Below, one piece after another: positions 11,729 through 22,356 of a DNA stretch of 64,000 nucleotides; position 1 is the first letter of the stretch; each line of letters begins with the position of its first letter. The notes beneath the pieces were generated by a model. The model worked only from the letters and a program-made list of their open reading frames with translations. It did not search any database and had not been told where the DNA came from. The position numbers and the translations under genes were made by a program. The stretch spans positions 62,141-126,140 of the forward strand of contig RDZD01000016.1 in the NCBI GenBank assembly GCA_004293815.1, in the 5' to 3' direction. This DNA comes from Cytophagales bacterium. Lineage in GTDB: Bacteria; Bacteroidota; Bacteroidia; Cytophagales; Bernardetiaceae.

Positions 11729-13108
11729 ATGGTGGCTATCACACTTTTGTCGGTGTTTGGAATGATAACATTGTTTTTGGGTTTTAATAAATCAAAAACA
11801 GCTCTTCTGCCTTTCGCACTCGTTTTTTTGTTCATCTGCCTTGTGGGCAACTTGTACGAATTTGGACAACCACTCAACTATTTTAGCCAAATGATGCAAA
11901 CTACCCCCGTTTCGGTGGTATTCTCATCTGTTATCTTGCTTGCAGCTTTACTTACGTTGCCGTTGTCGTCTAAATATCTGACTGATGAACGCGCCCAGCC
12001 TGCTGAATACTATGCTATTCTCATGTTCTCATTAGTAGGAGCCATTATGATGACCAATTTTGAGAACATTATTATGCTCTTTGTGGGCATTGAAATTTTG
12101 TCTATCTCTATGTATGTGTTAGCGGGCAGCGACAAGCGCAATACGCGTTCCAATGAGGCTGCTCTCAAATATTTTCTCATGGGTGCATTCGCCACAGGCA
12201 TTTTGCTTTTTGGCGTAGCAATGCTTTATGGTGCTACAGGTTCATTTAGTGTGTCGGGATTGGCTCAATATATCAGTGCCAATGCTGCCTCGCCTTCGCC
12301 TTTATTGATTTTAGGACTTTGCTTGGTCTTGGTTGGAGTACTCTTCAAAGTGTCTGCCGCACCTTTCCACTTCTGGACTCCTGATGTGTATGAAGGCGCA
12401 CCTACTTTCTTTACAACCTTTATGTCTACAGTGGTCAAAACAGCAGGTTTTGCAGCGGCTTACAAGCTCTTGTCTGTAACTTTTATAGACATGTATTTGA
12501 ATTGGTGCTATATCGTAGGTGGTGTGGCTGTGCTCACATTGCTGATTTCAAATATCAGTGCCGTGTATCAAGATAGCTTTAAGCGCATGATGGCTTACTC
12601 AAGTATTTCTCATGCAGGATATTTACTCATTGCGATTTTGGCCGTCAATGCACAGTCTCAGTCTGCCATTCTTTTTTATGCTCTGGCTTACACCACTGCC
12701 ACAGTGGCTGCTTTTGGGGTTTTAATGAAGGTCTCAGAGCAATACAAAAGCGAATCGTTTACTGCTTTTGAAGGGCTTGCCAAACAGAATCCTTTCTTGG
12801 CTTTCGTGCTAGCTGTGGCAATGTGTTCTTTGGCTGGTATTCCTCTTACGGCTGGTTTTGTGGGTAAACTCATGGTTTTTTTGAGCGCAGTGGAAAGTGG
12901 TTATATAGGTTTGATTGTTATTGCAGTTCTAATGGCTGTGGTGGGCATTTACTATTACTTTAAGGTGATTATAGCTGCTTACATGCGCCAGAATGCCAAT
13001 GCACAAACCATAGAGCTAGATACTTATGCTAAAGTAACCTTAGCTTTGGCCACACTTCTTACCTTTTTGTTTGGAATTGCACCTAACCTAATTTTAAGTT
13101 TGATATAA
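11729..13108 (+). CDS. nuoN: NADH-quinone oxidoreductase subunit N-like antiporter-type membrane subunit
   Basis: Polytopic membrane protein with the NuoN/ND2 signature FHFWTPDVYEGAPT. Confidence 0.75.
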   Translation: MVAITLLSVFGMITLFLGFNKSKTALLPFALVFLFICLVGNLYEFGQPLNYFSQMMQTTPVSVVFSSVILLAALLTLPLSSKYLTDERAQPAEYYAILMFSLVGAIMMTNFENIIMLFVGIEILSISMYVLAGSDKRNTRSNEAALKYFLMGAFATGILLFGVAMLYGATGSFSVSGLAQYISANAASPSPLLILGLCLVLVGVLFKVSAAPFHFWTPDVYEGAPTFFTTFMSTVVKTAGFAAAYKLLSVTFIDMYLNWCYIVGGVAVLTLLISNISAVYQDSFKRMMAYSSISHAGYLLIAILAVNAQSQSAILFYALAYTTATVAAFGVLMKVSEQYKSESFTAFEGLAKQNPFLAFVLAVAMCSLAGIPLTAGFVGKLMVFLSAVESGYIGLIVIAVLMAVVGIYYYFKVIIAAYMRQNANAQTIELDTYAKVTLALATLLTFLFGIAPNLILSLI

Positions 13109-13109
13109 C

Positions 13110-14156
13110 ATGTTGGCCACATCTGTCAGCCATGTTGAACCAAGTATAGAATTGGCCAATCTTGTGAGCGAAAAGGTACGTGCTTGGTACAGTGCGAATC
13201 AGAGGAATTTGTCTTTTCGCCATACAAAAGACCCCTATTTAATTTGGCTCTCTGAAATTATTCTACAACAAACTCAAGTCAAACAAGGTCTACCTTATTA
13301 CGAAAAATTTAAAGACACTTTTCCTACCGTAGAGGCACTGGCGGGTGCTTCACAGGATGAGGTACTTAGGCTTTGGCAAGGACTAGGCTACTACTCACGA
13401 GGCCGCAATCTGCATCATACGGCGCAAATAATTACCGAAGCTCACAAGGGCATTTTTCCCAATTCATATACCGAGCTACTCAAACTGAAAGGAATTGGTA
13501 GCTATACGGCTGCCGCCATTGCCTCTTTTGCTTTTGGTGAAGCTGTCGCAGTGTTAGATGGCAATGTTTTTAGGGTATTGGCGCGTTTGTTTGGTGTAGA
13601 TACTGACATTACATCAGGTGCAGGCAAGCGTATCTTTTCAGATTTGGCAGCAAAAATTCTCTGCCCCGAACAGTCTGCTATGCACAATTACGCCATGATG
13701 GAATTCGGCTCTCAACTCTGCAAACCTCATCATCCTGACTGTGTAAACTGCCCTTTGCAAGAAGTCTGTGTGGCAAACCAAAAAGGCAGACAACGAGAAC
13801 TGCCTTTTAAAGCTAAAAAAATAAAACTCAAAGAGAAGTTTTTTCATTACTTAGTTGTTCAGAAAGATGGCTTGTACGCATTTAACAAACGTGACGACAG
13901 CAATATCTGGGCTGGACTTTATGAGTTTCCGCTCATAGAAACCCTAAGCCATCACGCACCTCTGCCTAGCTGCGAGCTTCTGGCTGAGCCCAAAAAGCAT
14001 TTGCTGATACATCAAAAATTATGGATACACTTCTGGCAGGTAGCAGAGTTACCCAGTGCCTCATCATCCACAGGCTGGTTCTCTGCTCAACAGATAGAAA
14101 CCCTACCTAAACCTAAACCCATTACAGAATTTTGCGCAAAGCTGTGCAAAATTTAA
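13110..14156 (+). CDS. mutY: A/G-specific adenine DNA glycosylase MutY
   Basis: HhH-GPD motifs (LWQGLGYYSRGRNL, DGNVFRVLARLFG), the 4Fe-4S Cys cluster (CKPHHPDCVNCPLQEVC) and a C-terminal NUDIX-like domain. The start overlaps the nuoN stop codon. Confidence 0.85.
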   Translation: MLATSVSHVEPSIELANLVSEKVRAWYSANQRNLSFRHTKDPYLIWLSEIILQQTQVKQGLPYYEKFKDTFPTVEALAGASQDEVLRLWQGLGYYSRGRNLHHTAQIITEAHKGIFPNSYTELLKLKGIGSYTAAAIASFAFGEAVAVLDGNVFRVLARLFGVDTDITSGAGKRIFSDLAAKILCPEQSAMHNYAMMEFGSQLCKPHHPDCVNCPLQEVCVANQKGRQRELPFKAKKIKLKEKFFHYLVVQKDGLYAFNKRDDSNIWAGLYEFPLIETLSHHAPLPSCELLAEPKKHLLIHQKLWIHFWQVAELPSASSSTGWFSAQQIETLPKPKPITEFCAKLCKI

Positions 14157-14257
14157 TAAACATTAATGTCTTGATTTGCGTTTGACAAAATGTGTATTGC
14201 TTACGAATAGATACTTTGAAGTGTTATATTTGCAAGACCAGCATTAAACCAAGTAAA

Positions 14258-14932
14258 ATGAACTACTACTTAATTTTTAAAATCTCTTTTTTTAGCTTGT
14301 TCTCATTATTTTTTGCCTCATGCAACAATGAGAGTGTGCCTAAAAATACGATTCCTAACAAGGACTCCCTTCAAAAAGAAACTTTTCGAAAAAAAATAGA
14401 TCTTTTTTTTAAGGACAAAGCCTTTCAGACAACAGCCTATAAGTTTCCGCTGCTGAGGCTACCTTTAAACGAAACAGATTTAGCCTCGAGTTTTGATACT
14501 GAAGCACCCAACTTGCCTGTTCTGGAAACCGAAGACACCAAATGGTTACTGGGCTGTAAGAAAGCTACCAGCTCGGCTTCTGAAACAAGTCTTGAAGATC
14601 AACCTAGTGTATTTGCTGTGGGGCGGCTACACACAAAGAACTGGCTAGCACTCATTTACAGACAAAACTCTACAGACAGCGAGTTCTTTAGACTAGCTAC
14701 TTTCGACAGCAGCGGTACTTGCCTGTCAGATATTACCTTACTCACCCATCAAATAGAAGCTGCTTTTTCGGAAACCAACCAAGAAATAGATGTGGATACC
14801 TCTTTTAAAATGACGCTGTACACTGAAACCAATACTTATAATCCAGAAAATCAGAACACTAAAAAAACCACCGTGACAGAAAATTACTATATTGATGAAC
14901 AAGGTTTTGTCCATTCTTATGGCAATAAATAA
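14258..14932 (+). CDS. Hypothetical lipoprotein
   Basis: Signal peptide with lipobox FFASC at an internal Met. No recognisable domain. Confidence 0.45.
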   Translation: MNYYLIFKISFFSLFSLFFASCNNESVPKNTIPNKDSLQKETFRKKIDLFFKDKAFQTTAYKFPLLRLPLNETDLASSFDTEAPNLPVLETEDTKWLLGCKKATSSASETSLEDQPSVFAVGRLHTKNWLALIYRQNSTDSEFFRLATFDSSGTCLSDITLLTHQIEAAFSETNQEIDVDTSFKMTLYTETNTYNPENQNTKKTTVTENYYIDEQGFVHSYGNK

Positions 14933-15179
14933 AATTTTATTCACCAATACAAGTGGTCGTAGCTCATAAAGTTTGGTGCAAGCAAGATTGTTAGAGGCTT
15001 AACCTGTCCGAAAATATCCCTCAGCTACCAATAAGTAGGATTTAGAGGAATATTGCAATAAAAAACGTAGATCATAACAATTTAACCAATACTTAGTTTT
15101 GATGTTAGTATAAATTGCCTTATTTTTGCAGGCAACGATAGTCTTACTATATTTCTCAATTCTACTGTTTTATTGAATT

Positions 15180-16487
15180 ATGTCAGAGCAAAATAAATTT
15201 GCAAAACTCGAGTATGACGGAAAAGTTTATACTCTACCCGTTATCATAGGCACTGAAAATGAAGCTGCTATTGATATTAGCAAACTGCGTGATATGACGG
15301 GTCTAATCACACTAGACCCGGGGTATAAAAACACAGGTTCTACACAAAGTGCTATTACATTCTTGGACGGCGAAACTGGCATTTTACGCTATCGCGGCTA
15401 TGACATTGAAGAGCTTGCTGAGCATGCAAGCTTTATGGAGGTGGCTTGTTTGTTATTATTTGGCGACTTGCCCACACAGTCTCAGCTTACCAGATTCGAG
15501 AAAGATGTGGCAGAACACTCGCTTTTACATGAAGACATGCGCAAGTTTTTTGATGCTCTGCCTTCCACTACCCACCCTATGGGCGTTATTGCGGCCATGA
15601 CCTCCGCGCTAACCTCATTTTATCCACGTTCATTAGATCCATACCGTCCGCCACACGAAGTATACCGCACCATGGTGCGCAGTATGGCTAAGCTACCTAC
15701 CATAGCAGCTTGGGCCTATAAAGCTTCTAAAGGGCATCCTTTCAACTACCCCGACAATACGGTAGATTATTGCTCGCGCTTCTTGAAAATGATGTTCGCC
15801 ATGCCTACTTCACCTTACGAAATAGATCCAGTTTTGGTGGGCGCACTCAATAAGCTTTTGATACTTCATGCCGACCACGAGCAGAACTGCTCTACCTCTA
15901 CGGTTCGTATCGTGGGATCTTCTTTGGCTAGTTTGTATTCTGCTATTGCTGCTGCCATTAACGCACTTGGCGGCCCGCTTCATGGCGGTGCAAACCAAGA
16001 AGTGTTGGTGATGTTGCGTAAAATCAAAGAAAGTGGTGTAAGCACCAAGACCTTTATAGACAAAGTAAAATCTGGCGACAAATCGGCTCGTTTGATGGGC
16101 TTTGGACACCGCGTATACAAAAACTTTGATCCGCGTGCTAAAATCATCAAAAAGGCTTGTGATGATGTACTTAACAAACTTGGCATTAATGATCCGCTTT
16201 TGGGTATTGCTAAAGAACTTGAAGAGGCCGCTCTTAATGACGATTACTTCGTATCTCGCAAGCTTTATCCAAACGTAGACTTCTATTCTGGCATCATTTA
16301 CCAAGCCATGAATATTCCAGAAGAAATGTTTACAGTCATGTTTGCTTTGGGACGCTTACCAGGTTGGATTGCTCAGTGGAAAGAAATGTTAGACATGAAG
16401 CAAGCCATTGGCCGCCCACGTCAGGTATACATCGGTGCTACTCAACGCGCTTTTGTACCTATGGACAAACGCGTGGATACAAAATAA
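15180..16487 (+). CDS. gltA: Citrate synthase
   Basis: Full-length similarity to citrate synthase, including the GFGHRVYKNFDPRAK active-site block. Confidence 0.92.
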   Translation: MSEQNKFAKLEYDGKVYTLPVIIGTENEAAIDISKLRDMTGLITLDPGYKNTGSTQSAITFLDGETGILRYRGYDIEELAEHASFMEVACLLLFGDLPTQSQLTRFEKDVAEHSLLHEDMRKFFDALPSTTHPMGVIAAMTSALTSFYPRSLDPYRPPHEVYRTMVRSMAKLPTIAAWAYKASKGHPFNYPDNTVDYCSRFLKMMFAMPTSPYEIDPVLVGALNKLLILHADHEQNCSTSTVRIVGSSLASLYSAIAAAINALGGPLHGGANQEVLVMLRKIKESGVSTKTFIDKVKSGDKSARLMGFGHRVYKNFDPRAKIIKKACDDVLNKLGINDPLLGIAKELEEAALNDDYFVSRKLYPNVDFYSGIIYQAMNIPEEMFTVMFALGRLPGWIAQWKEMLDMKQAIGRPRQVYIGATQRAFVPMDKRVDTK

Positions 16488-16508
16488 TTTTTTAACCAAA
16501 AAGCTATT

Positions 16509-16560
16509 TATGTTGTAATCTTCTCTCTCAACGAGGAAGGTTACAACATAAATATTTTTA
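16509..16560 (+). terminator. Rho-independent terminator after gltA
   Basis: A perfect 10-bp stem (tatgttgtaa / ttacaacata) followed by an AT/T-rich tail. Confidence 0.55.
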
Positions 16561-16643
16561 GAACGTTAATCAACAAAACCCTTCTTTGGAGTGGCTTTTG
16601 CCTTATTGAAATTGCACAACTATCACAAAAAAAACAGAACTTT

Positions 16644-17165
16644 ATGCTTAAATTTTGCTTTGTTATGCTTTTGGGGCTCTTTGGTATACTATCCACCTGT
16701 TATGGGCAAAATTCAGAAGGAAAAAAACTCCCAGCTATCGTACTCAAGGACTTAGCTGGCGCGGACGTTGATGTATCTAAGCTCAGCGCAGATGGCAGGC
16801 CAGTCTTTTTAACTTTTTGGGCCACTTGGTGTAAGCCCTGTATTAATGAACTGATGGCTGTGAGTGAAGAGCTTGAAGACTGGGTAAAAGAAACTAACGT
16901 GCGTGTGGTGGCCGTATCCATAGACGATGCTCGCAGCAAAGCCCGTGTGCCAAGTATGGTGAATGGTAAAGGCTGGGAGTTTGACGTACTGATTGACGAG
17001 AACAGCGACCTCAAACGCGCACTCAATGTAACCAATCCACCCCACTCTTTTATTATGGACAAAGACGGCAATATTGTTTGGCAACACAATGGTTATCAGC
17101 CAGGTAATGAAGAGGAATATATTGATATCTTGAGAAAAGTTGCCAAGGGTGAGCCTTTGAAATAA
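16644..17165 (+). CDS. TlpA/ResA-like thiol-disulfide oxidoreductase (thioredoxin fold)
   Basis: Signal peptide and the WCKPC active site in a thioredoxin-like context. Confidence 0.8.
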   Translation: MLKFCFVMLLGLFGILSTCYGQNSEGKKLPAIVLKDLAGADVDVSKLSADGRPVFLTFWATWCKPCINELMAVSEELEDWVKETNVRVVAVSIDDARSKARVPSMVNGKGWEFDVLIDENSDLKRALNVTNPPHSFIMDKDGNIVWQHNGYQPGNEEEYIDILRKVAKGEPLK

Positions 17166-17463
17166 GTCTTGGTAAATTGCTTTTGAGGCCAAAATAAGTA
17201 TAGAGCCTGTAATTTTGTCCTCAGAGCTTTAACAATAACGCTAAACTTTTATTATCGCTTGAAAGGGTGCACCCAGATACAGAAAGGGTGTTAGATTGAT
17301 TTGTCCATAAAATTTGGAAAATATTTGCTAGAGGATAGCGTATGAACAAAAATACATTTAGATTTGACACAAAATTGTGAATTGCGAACGAAGCCCTCAA
17401 CACCCCTGTAAACCAATTTCACAACCAAATTATTGTTCTTCTTTGCCAAATCAATCGTCTCAC

Positions 17464-20400
17464 ATGATACGTTACTCCTTTTTAAGTCTCCTTGCGCTTT
17501 TGGGATTTGTCTGGCCTACTTACTCTCAAAGCCTTGGCTACCAAAATGACCCCGCAAATGAGCGTACCGAACTATATGCACTGACTAACGCTACAATTTT
17601 TGTAGACTATCAAACAAGAATTGAAAAAGCTAGCTTGATCATACGTAAGGGCAAAGTAGAGGCTGTAGGTAATGGTTTGGCAATTCCTACTGACGCAAAG
17701 GTTATCAACTGCGAAGGTTTGTTTATTTATCCTTCTTTTATAGATCTTCATAGCAATTATGGCTTACCAGCACCCGCGTTGGGTAGCCCCGGTTATTACG
17801 GAGAATCTAATTACAACTCCGAAAACACGAGTGTTCATGCCTGGAACGATGCCATACGCTCTGAGTGGAATGCCGTAGAACATTTTAAGCCCGATACTAA
17901 TGCGAATAAAGGGCTTTTAGCGGCTGGATTTGGGGCTGTACTTGCTCATAGATCAGACGGAATTTGCCGAGGAACAGGGACTTTGGTGCATCTGGCTAAC
18001 GCACCTGCACACGAGGCTATGATTAAAGCAAGGGCTTCGGCACATTATTCTTTTGATAAAGGCTCTTCCAAACAAAGTTATCCTAGTTCTTTGATGGGAG
18101 CTATTGCCTTGTTGCGCCAAACGTACTTAGATGCCAACTGGTATAGCAAAAATGCGCAGACAGGTCTTAATTTGGGTTTAGCTGCTTGGAATGAATTGCA
18201 ATCTCTGCCTCAATTTTTTGATGCTGACAACAAAAAAAACGCCATTAGAGCTGACCGCTTAGGTGATGAGTTTTATAAACAGTACGTCATAACAGGCTCA
18301 GGATCAGAGTATCAGGACTTAGAAGACATCAAAGCCACTAATGCGGTATTTTTACTGCCCTTAAATTTCCCAAAGCCTTATGATATAGAGGATCCGCTAG
18401 GCTCATATTATGTAGACCTTACTCAGCTCAAACATTGGGAGATGGCACCCGCCAATCCATTTTTGATGGCTCAAGCCAATGTTCCTTTTTGTTTGACCAG
18501 TGATGGCCTAGAGAACAAAGCAGACTTTCTAGTCAACTTACGTAAAGCTGTGAACTATGGTCTGGATTCTAAACAAGCACTTAAAGCACTTACCCAAACA
18601 CCTGCCACCTTGATGGGGGTGAGCAACTTGCTTGGCAATCTCAAAAAAGGTGCTTTAGCCAATTTGATTCTTACCTCTCATGAGCTTTTTGATGAGAAAT
18701 GCGTTATTCACGAAAACTGGAGCGCGGGCAAACGCCATGTGCTTCAGAATGCTTTTGTGGCAGACCAGCGCGGCAACTTTAAACTAAAAATAGGTCAGAG
18801 CGAAACATTTGACTTAGCCATCAAAGGAGAGAAAGCTCAAAATTTGAGCTTTGAGCTTAAGCAAGACACGCTTGTCATTCCTCTAAATGCTCAAATACAA
18901 CAAAATACTATTTTCTTAAACTTTAATCGCATCAAAAAGGCAGAAGATAAAAATGCTCCAGAAGTGTGTAGGCTCAATGGATGGTATGATGCCAACAAGA
19001 AAACATGGAAAGGGAATGGTTTCTTAGAAAATGGTTATCCTGTATCTTGGGAAGCTACTTTTGTGAGTAGCTATACCAGCCCTCCAGATACTGCTCAGAA
19101 ACCCAAAATAGAGAAGCCTGAATGGGGTAAGATGTGCTATCCTTTTGCGGCTTATGGCTTTGAAGAGAAACCCAAACTCCAGACCGTACTAATCAAAAAT
19201 GCGACTGTATGGACTAACGAAGCGGAAGGTGTACTCAAAAACACCGATGTTTTGTTAGAAAATGGTAAAATTGCTAAAATTGGCAGTAATTTAAGTGCTC
19301 CAAGCGGCGCACTGACGGTGAATGCAGAAGGTAAGCACCTTACATCAGGCATTATTGACGAGCATTCGCATATTGCCATTGACGGTGGTGTGAATGAATA
19401 TATTTATAGCTCAAGTGCAGAGTCGCGCATCAGCGATGTAGTCAATAATGAAGATATTGATATTTATAGACACCTAGCTGGTGGGGTGGTGGCTATACAG
19501 CAGTTGCACGGCTCAGCCAACCCCATTGGTGGACAGTCTTCTATTATCAAGCTTAAATGGGGTGAAAGTGTAGAAAACATGCGACTCCGTACGGCTCTTC
19601 CGCGCATCAAATTTGCATTGGGAGAAAATGTAAAAAATTCAAATTCAGGCAATTATGTGCGCTATCCACAAACCCGTATGGGCGTAGAGCAGGTGTATGA
19701 AGATGCGTTCACGCGTGCATTGGAGTATGAAAAAGCTAAAAAAGCGAACCCACTCGGCATACGTATGGATTTACAGCTTGAGGCTATGTTAATGATTATC
19801 AAAGGAGAAATGTTGATTTCTTGCCACTCTTATGTGCAGTCTGAAATCAATATGCTGATGAAGCTCACTGAGCGATTTGGTTTTAAGGTTAATACCTTCA
19901 CCCATATTTTGGAGGGCTACAAAGTGGCGGATATCATGGCTAAACATGGTGCGGGCGGTTCCAGCTTTTCGGATTGGTGGTCTTATAAATTTGAAGTCAA
20001 AGACGCTATTCCTTACAATCCTGTGTTAATGATGCGAGAGGGTGTTACGGTGGCTATCAACTCTGATGATGCTGAAATGGCGCGCCGTTTAAACCAAGAA
20101 GCCGCCAAGTCAGTCAAGTATGGCAATATGAGCGAAGAAGATGCCCTCAAGATGATTACACTCAACCCTGCCAAGCTATTGAAAATAGATCAGCAAATGG
20201 GCAGCATCAAAGTGGGCAAATCTGCAGACGTAGTGCTTTGGACAGATCACCCGCTTTCGGTTTATAGCCGCCCAGCTCAAACTTACATAGAAGGCATTTG
20301 TTATTTTGATATAGAGCGTGACATCAAGCTGCGCCAAAGCTTGGACAAGGAACGCCAAAGACTTATTATCAAAACGATAGCTTCTAAAAAATCAGGTGAT

Positions 20401-20496
20401 GCTACTCAGCCATTTATATTCTCTCAAAAGAACTACTGGCACTGTGATACTATCACTGAAGGTGAATTTCACCAAAAGGGCGGACATGGCCATTAA
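17464..20496 (+). CDS. Large secreted amidohydrolase-family protein (two amidohydrolase-like regions)
   Basis: The signal peptide follows the internal Met at 17464. Metal-binding motifs FIDLHSNYG and IIDEHSHIAIDGG are present. Confidence 0.7.
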   Translation: MIRYSFLSLLALLGFVWPTYSQSLGYQNDPANERTELYALTNATIFVDYQTRIEKASLIIRKGKVEAVGNGLAIPTDAKVINCEGLFIYPSFIDLHSNYGLPAPALGSPGYYGESNYNSENTSVHAWNDAIRSEWNAVEHFKPDTNANKGLLAAGFGAVLAHRSDGICRGTGTLVHLANAPAHEAMIKARASAHYSFDKGSSKQSYPSSLMGAIALLRQTYLDANWYSKNAQTGLNLGLAAWNELQSLPQFFDADNKKNAIRADRLGDEFYKQYVITGSGSEYQDLEDIKATNAVFLLPLNFPKPYDIEDPLGSYYVDLTQLKHWEMAPANPFLMAQANVPFCLTSDGLENKADFLVNLRKAVNYGLDSKQALKALTQTPATLMGVSNLLGNLKKGALANLILTSHELFDEKCVIHENWSAGKRHVLQNAFVADQRGNFKLKIGQSETFDLAIKGEKAQNLSFELKQDTLVIPLNAQIQQNTIFLNFNRIKKAEDKNAPEVCRLNGWYDANKKTWKGNGFLENGYPVSWEATFVSSYTSPPDTAQKPKIEKPEWGKMCYPFAAYGFEEKPKLQTVLIKNATVWTNEAEGVLKNTDVLLENGKIAKIGSNLSAPSGALTVNAEGKHLTSGIIDEHSHIAIDGGVNEYIYSSSAESRISDVVNNEDIDIYRHLAGGVVAIQQLHGSANPIGGQSSIIKLKWGESVENMRLRTALPRIKFALGENVKNSNSGNYVRYPQTRMGVEQVYEDAFTRALEYEKAKKANPLGIRMDLQLEAMLMIIKGEMLISCHSYVQSEINMLMKLTERFGFKVNTFTHILEGYKVADIMAKHGAGGSSFSDWWSYKFEVKDAIPYNPVLMMREGVTVAINSDDAEMARRLNQEAAKSVKYGNMSEEDALKMITLNPAKLLKIDQQMGSIKVGKSADVVLWTDHPLSVYSRPAQTYIEGICYFDIERDIKLRQSLDKERQRLIIKTIASKKSGDATQPFIFSQKNYWHCDTITEGEFHQKGGHGH

Positions 20497-20534
20497 AAAC
20501 TATTTTTGGGTGTTTTAGTGCACTGCTCTAAAAC

Positions 20535-20585
20535 AAAGTCTGATAAAATCATTCGTTTTATATGGTTTTATCAGACTTTTTGCGG
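20535..20585 (+). terminator. Rho-independent terminator after the amidohydrolase gene
   Basis: A perfect 14-bp stem (aaagtctgataaaa / ttttatcagacttt) followed by a T-run. Confidence 0.55.
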
Positions 20586-20689
20586 TGTTTTAGAAACTAT
20601 TTTTAGTGTTTTTTACTGACAAATCACTCAGAATTTCGTTATAGTAAATACAGTTCTGATTTTGCATTCTTTTACCTAACTACGCTGCA

Positions 20690-22342
20690 ATGATTTATCG
20701 CTGGTTATATGTTCTATTAGCCGTATTGGGCATCTTATTACAATTTCATCAAGCGCAAGCTCAGTTGCTGAGCGACAGCACAAAAATATTTGCGCACATA
20801 GAAACGCGTGCAGAAATTAATGCCGAGCAAAAAGACAGTGAGGATTTTACAGTCTTTCCTTTGCAAAAAGATGGAGTTTTGGTGTTACAAGTCTTTAAGC
20901 ACCCTCTCAACGAAACCCAAGGCTTTACATTTACGCGCTATGATACTGCTCTACAAAAGGTGTGGACGGAAACGCTTCCTCTCAAACCCCAGCTGCATCT
21001 GGTACACTATAGTATTCAGGATGATATGATTTATTTGATGTTTGAGGAAGACCGATTTTACTATGACATCTACTCTATCAACATCAAAAGTGGTCGCTGG
21101 TATCCTATGCCTTATCAAAGGCTATTTAAGGCTGCCGTCAGCCAGCTAAAAGTGATTAACAATCAACTGATTATGACTGGTGAAGCAGATGAGCAAAGCT
21201 TTATCATGCATCTCAACCCACAGAACAGCGAGCAAAAAATTCTTTCAGGGTCACAATATCGCGACTATTATTTGGCTAATCTTAGTACACACCCCAGCTC
21301 AAACACCTTTGTGGCTGTTTTGAACGGAAAAACACAAAAAACAAAAGATATTTTAGTTTGCATTTACGAAGCCAACGGTACTTTGATTGACAAATTAGAG
21401 ATTCCCAATAACATAGACTATTCGTTTTTAATGTTCAAAACACATATCAAAAGCCCTGAAGAGATGATTATAGTGGGGGCTTATACTCTCAAGCAAAGGT
21501 CTAAACCACAAGGTGTTTTTTTGGCAAACATTAAGAAAGGCGAAAAACCTAATATCAAGTTTTATGATTTTTGCTACTTGAATAACTTTTTTAGCTATAT
21601 GAGGCCAGAAAAGCGCGAAAAGTATTTGAGTAAAATTCGCCAAAAGAAAAAAGAGGGTGATCATACCCGCTATAATCTAGACTTGGTGCTTGACGATTTG
21701 GTGGTAGTAAATAATCAAATTGTCGTTTCGGGAGAAACTTTTACCACCATTCTTCAAGATAACCGCGGCATGACAAGTCCTATGATGTTTTCGGCTATGC
21801 CTGCATTTTGGGCTTTCAACCCTATGATTTACACAAGATCTAGCATGTTTTTCTTTAGCGGCGGTCCTTATTCATCTTTTCCATTCTATGGGTACAATAA
21901 TTTTTGGAACAACGGACTCAATAACTCTCAAGTAACGCAGTATAACTATAAGCAAGGTTTTGTCTGTGTCTTTGACCTTGAGGGTAAAATGCTTTGGGAT
22001 AATAGTATTCCGCTGGAAGATTTGCAATCCACTATGCCCACCCCTTACCTAGCACATGGACTTGGGGGATCTAAAAGCCAGCTTCTGTATCTCGAAAAAG
22101 GCAAGCTCTATTTCAAGAATGTTACGCAAAGCCAAGCCAATGAAACGGTGTGGGAACAAACACTTCAGCAGCCCAATACTTCGGACAAAATCTACGATAG
22201 GCAGAATGAAGTATTTTCACACTGGTACAGCGATAAGTACTTGTATTTTGGTACTCAGCAAATACGAAGTACTGAAAAACAGAACAGGCGAAGAGTGTTT
22301 TTTCTGAGCAAAGTACGAATAGATGCGCCCTCAGAACACTAA
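20690..22342 (+). CDS. Hypothetical secreted protein
   Basis: Clear signal peptide (LLQFHQAQAQ) on a 550-aa product with no recognised motif. Confidence 0.45.
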   Translation: MIYRWLYVLLAVLGILLQFHQAQAQLLSDSTKIFAHIETRAEINAEQKDSEDFTVFPLQKDGVLVLQVFKHPLNETQGFTFTRYDTALQKVWTETLPLKPQLHLVHYSIQDDMIYLMFEEDRFYYDIYSINIKSGRWYPMPYQRLFKAAVSQLKVINNQLIMTGEADEQSFIMHLNPQNSEQKILSGSQYRDYYLANLSTHPSSNTFVAVLNGKTQKTKDILVCIYEANGTLIDKLEIPNNIDYSFLMFKTHIKSPEEMIIVGAYTLKQRSKPQGVFLANIKKGEKPNIKFYDFCYLNNFFSYMRPEKREKYLSKIRQKKKEGDHTRYNLDLVLDDLVVVNNQIVVSGETFTTILQDNRGMTSPMMFSAMPAFWAFNPMIYTRSSMFFFSGGPYSSFPFYGYNNFWNNGLNNSQVTQYNYKQGFVCVFDLEGKMLWDNSIPLEDLQSTMPTPYLAHGLGGSKSQLLYLEKGKLYFKNVTQSQANETVWEQTLQQPNTSDKIYDRQNEVFSHWYSDKYLYFGTQQIRSTEKQNRRRVFFLSKVRIDAPSEH

Positions 22343-22356
22343 ATGGTTTTGCTTGC

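Noticed and set aside
14955-14990. tRNA-like start (gtggtcgtagctcat...) after the lipoprotein gene
   Set aside because: The resemblance to a tRNA 5' end (GGTCGTAGCTCA) does not continue into a D-loop/anticodon/T-arm cloverleaf and there is no GTTC T-loop motif. No tRNA genes were found anywhere in the window.
15810-16304. 164-aa minus-strand ORF inside citrate synthase, and similar antisense ORFs inside tlpA (16700..17192), the amidohydrolase gene (19152..19652) and the vWA gene (47059..47508)
   Set aside because: They are antisense to well-supported genes and have no recognisable domains.
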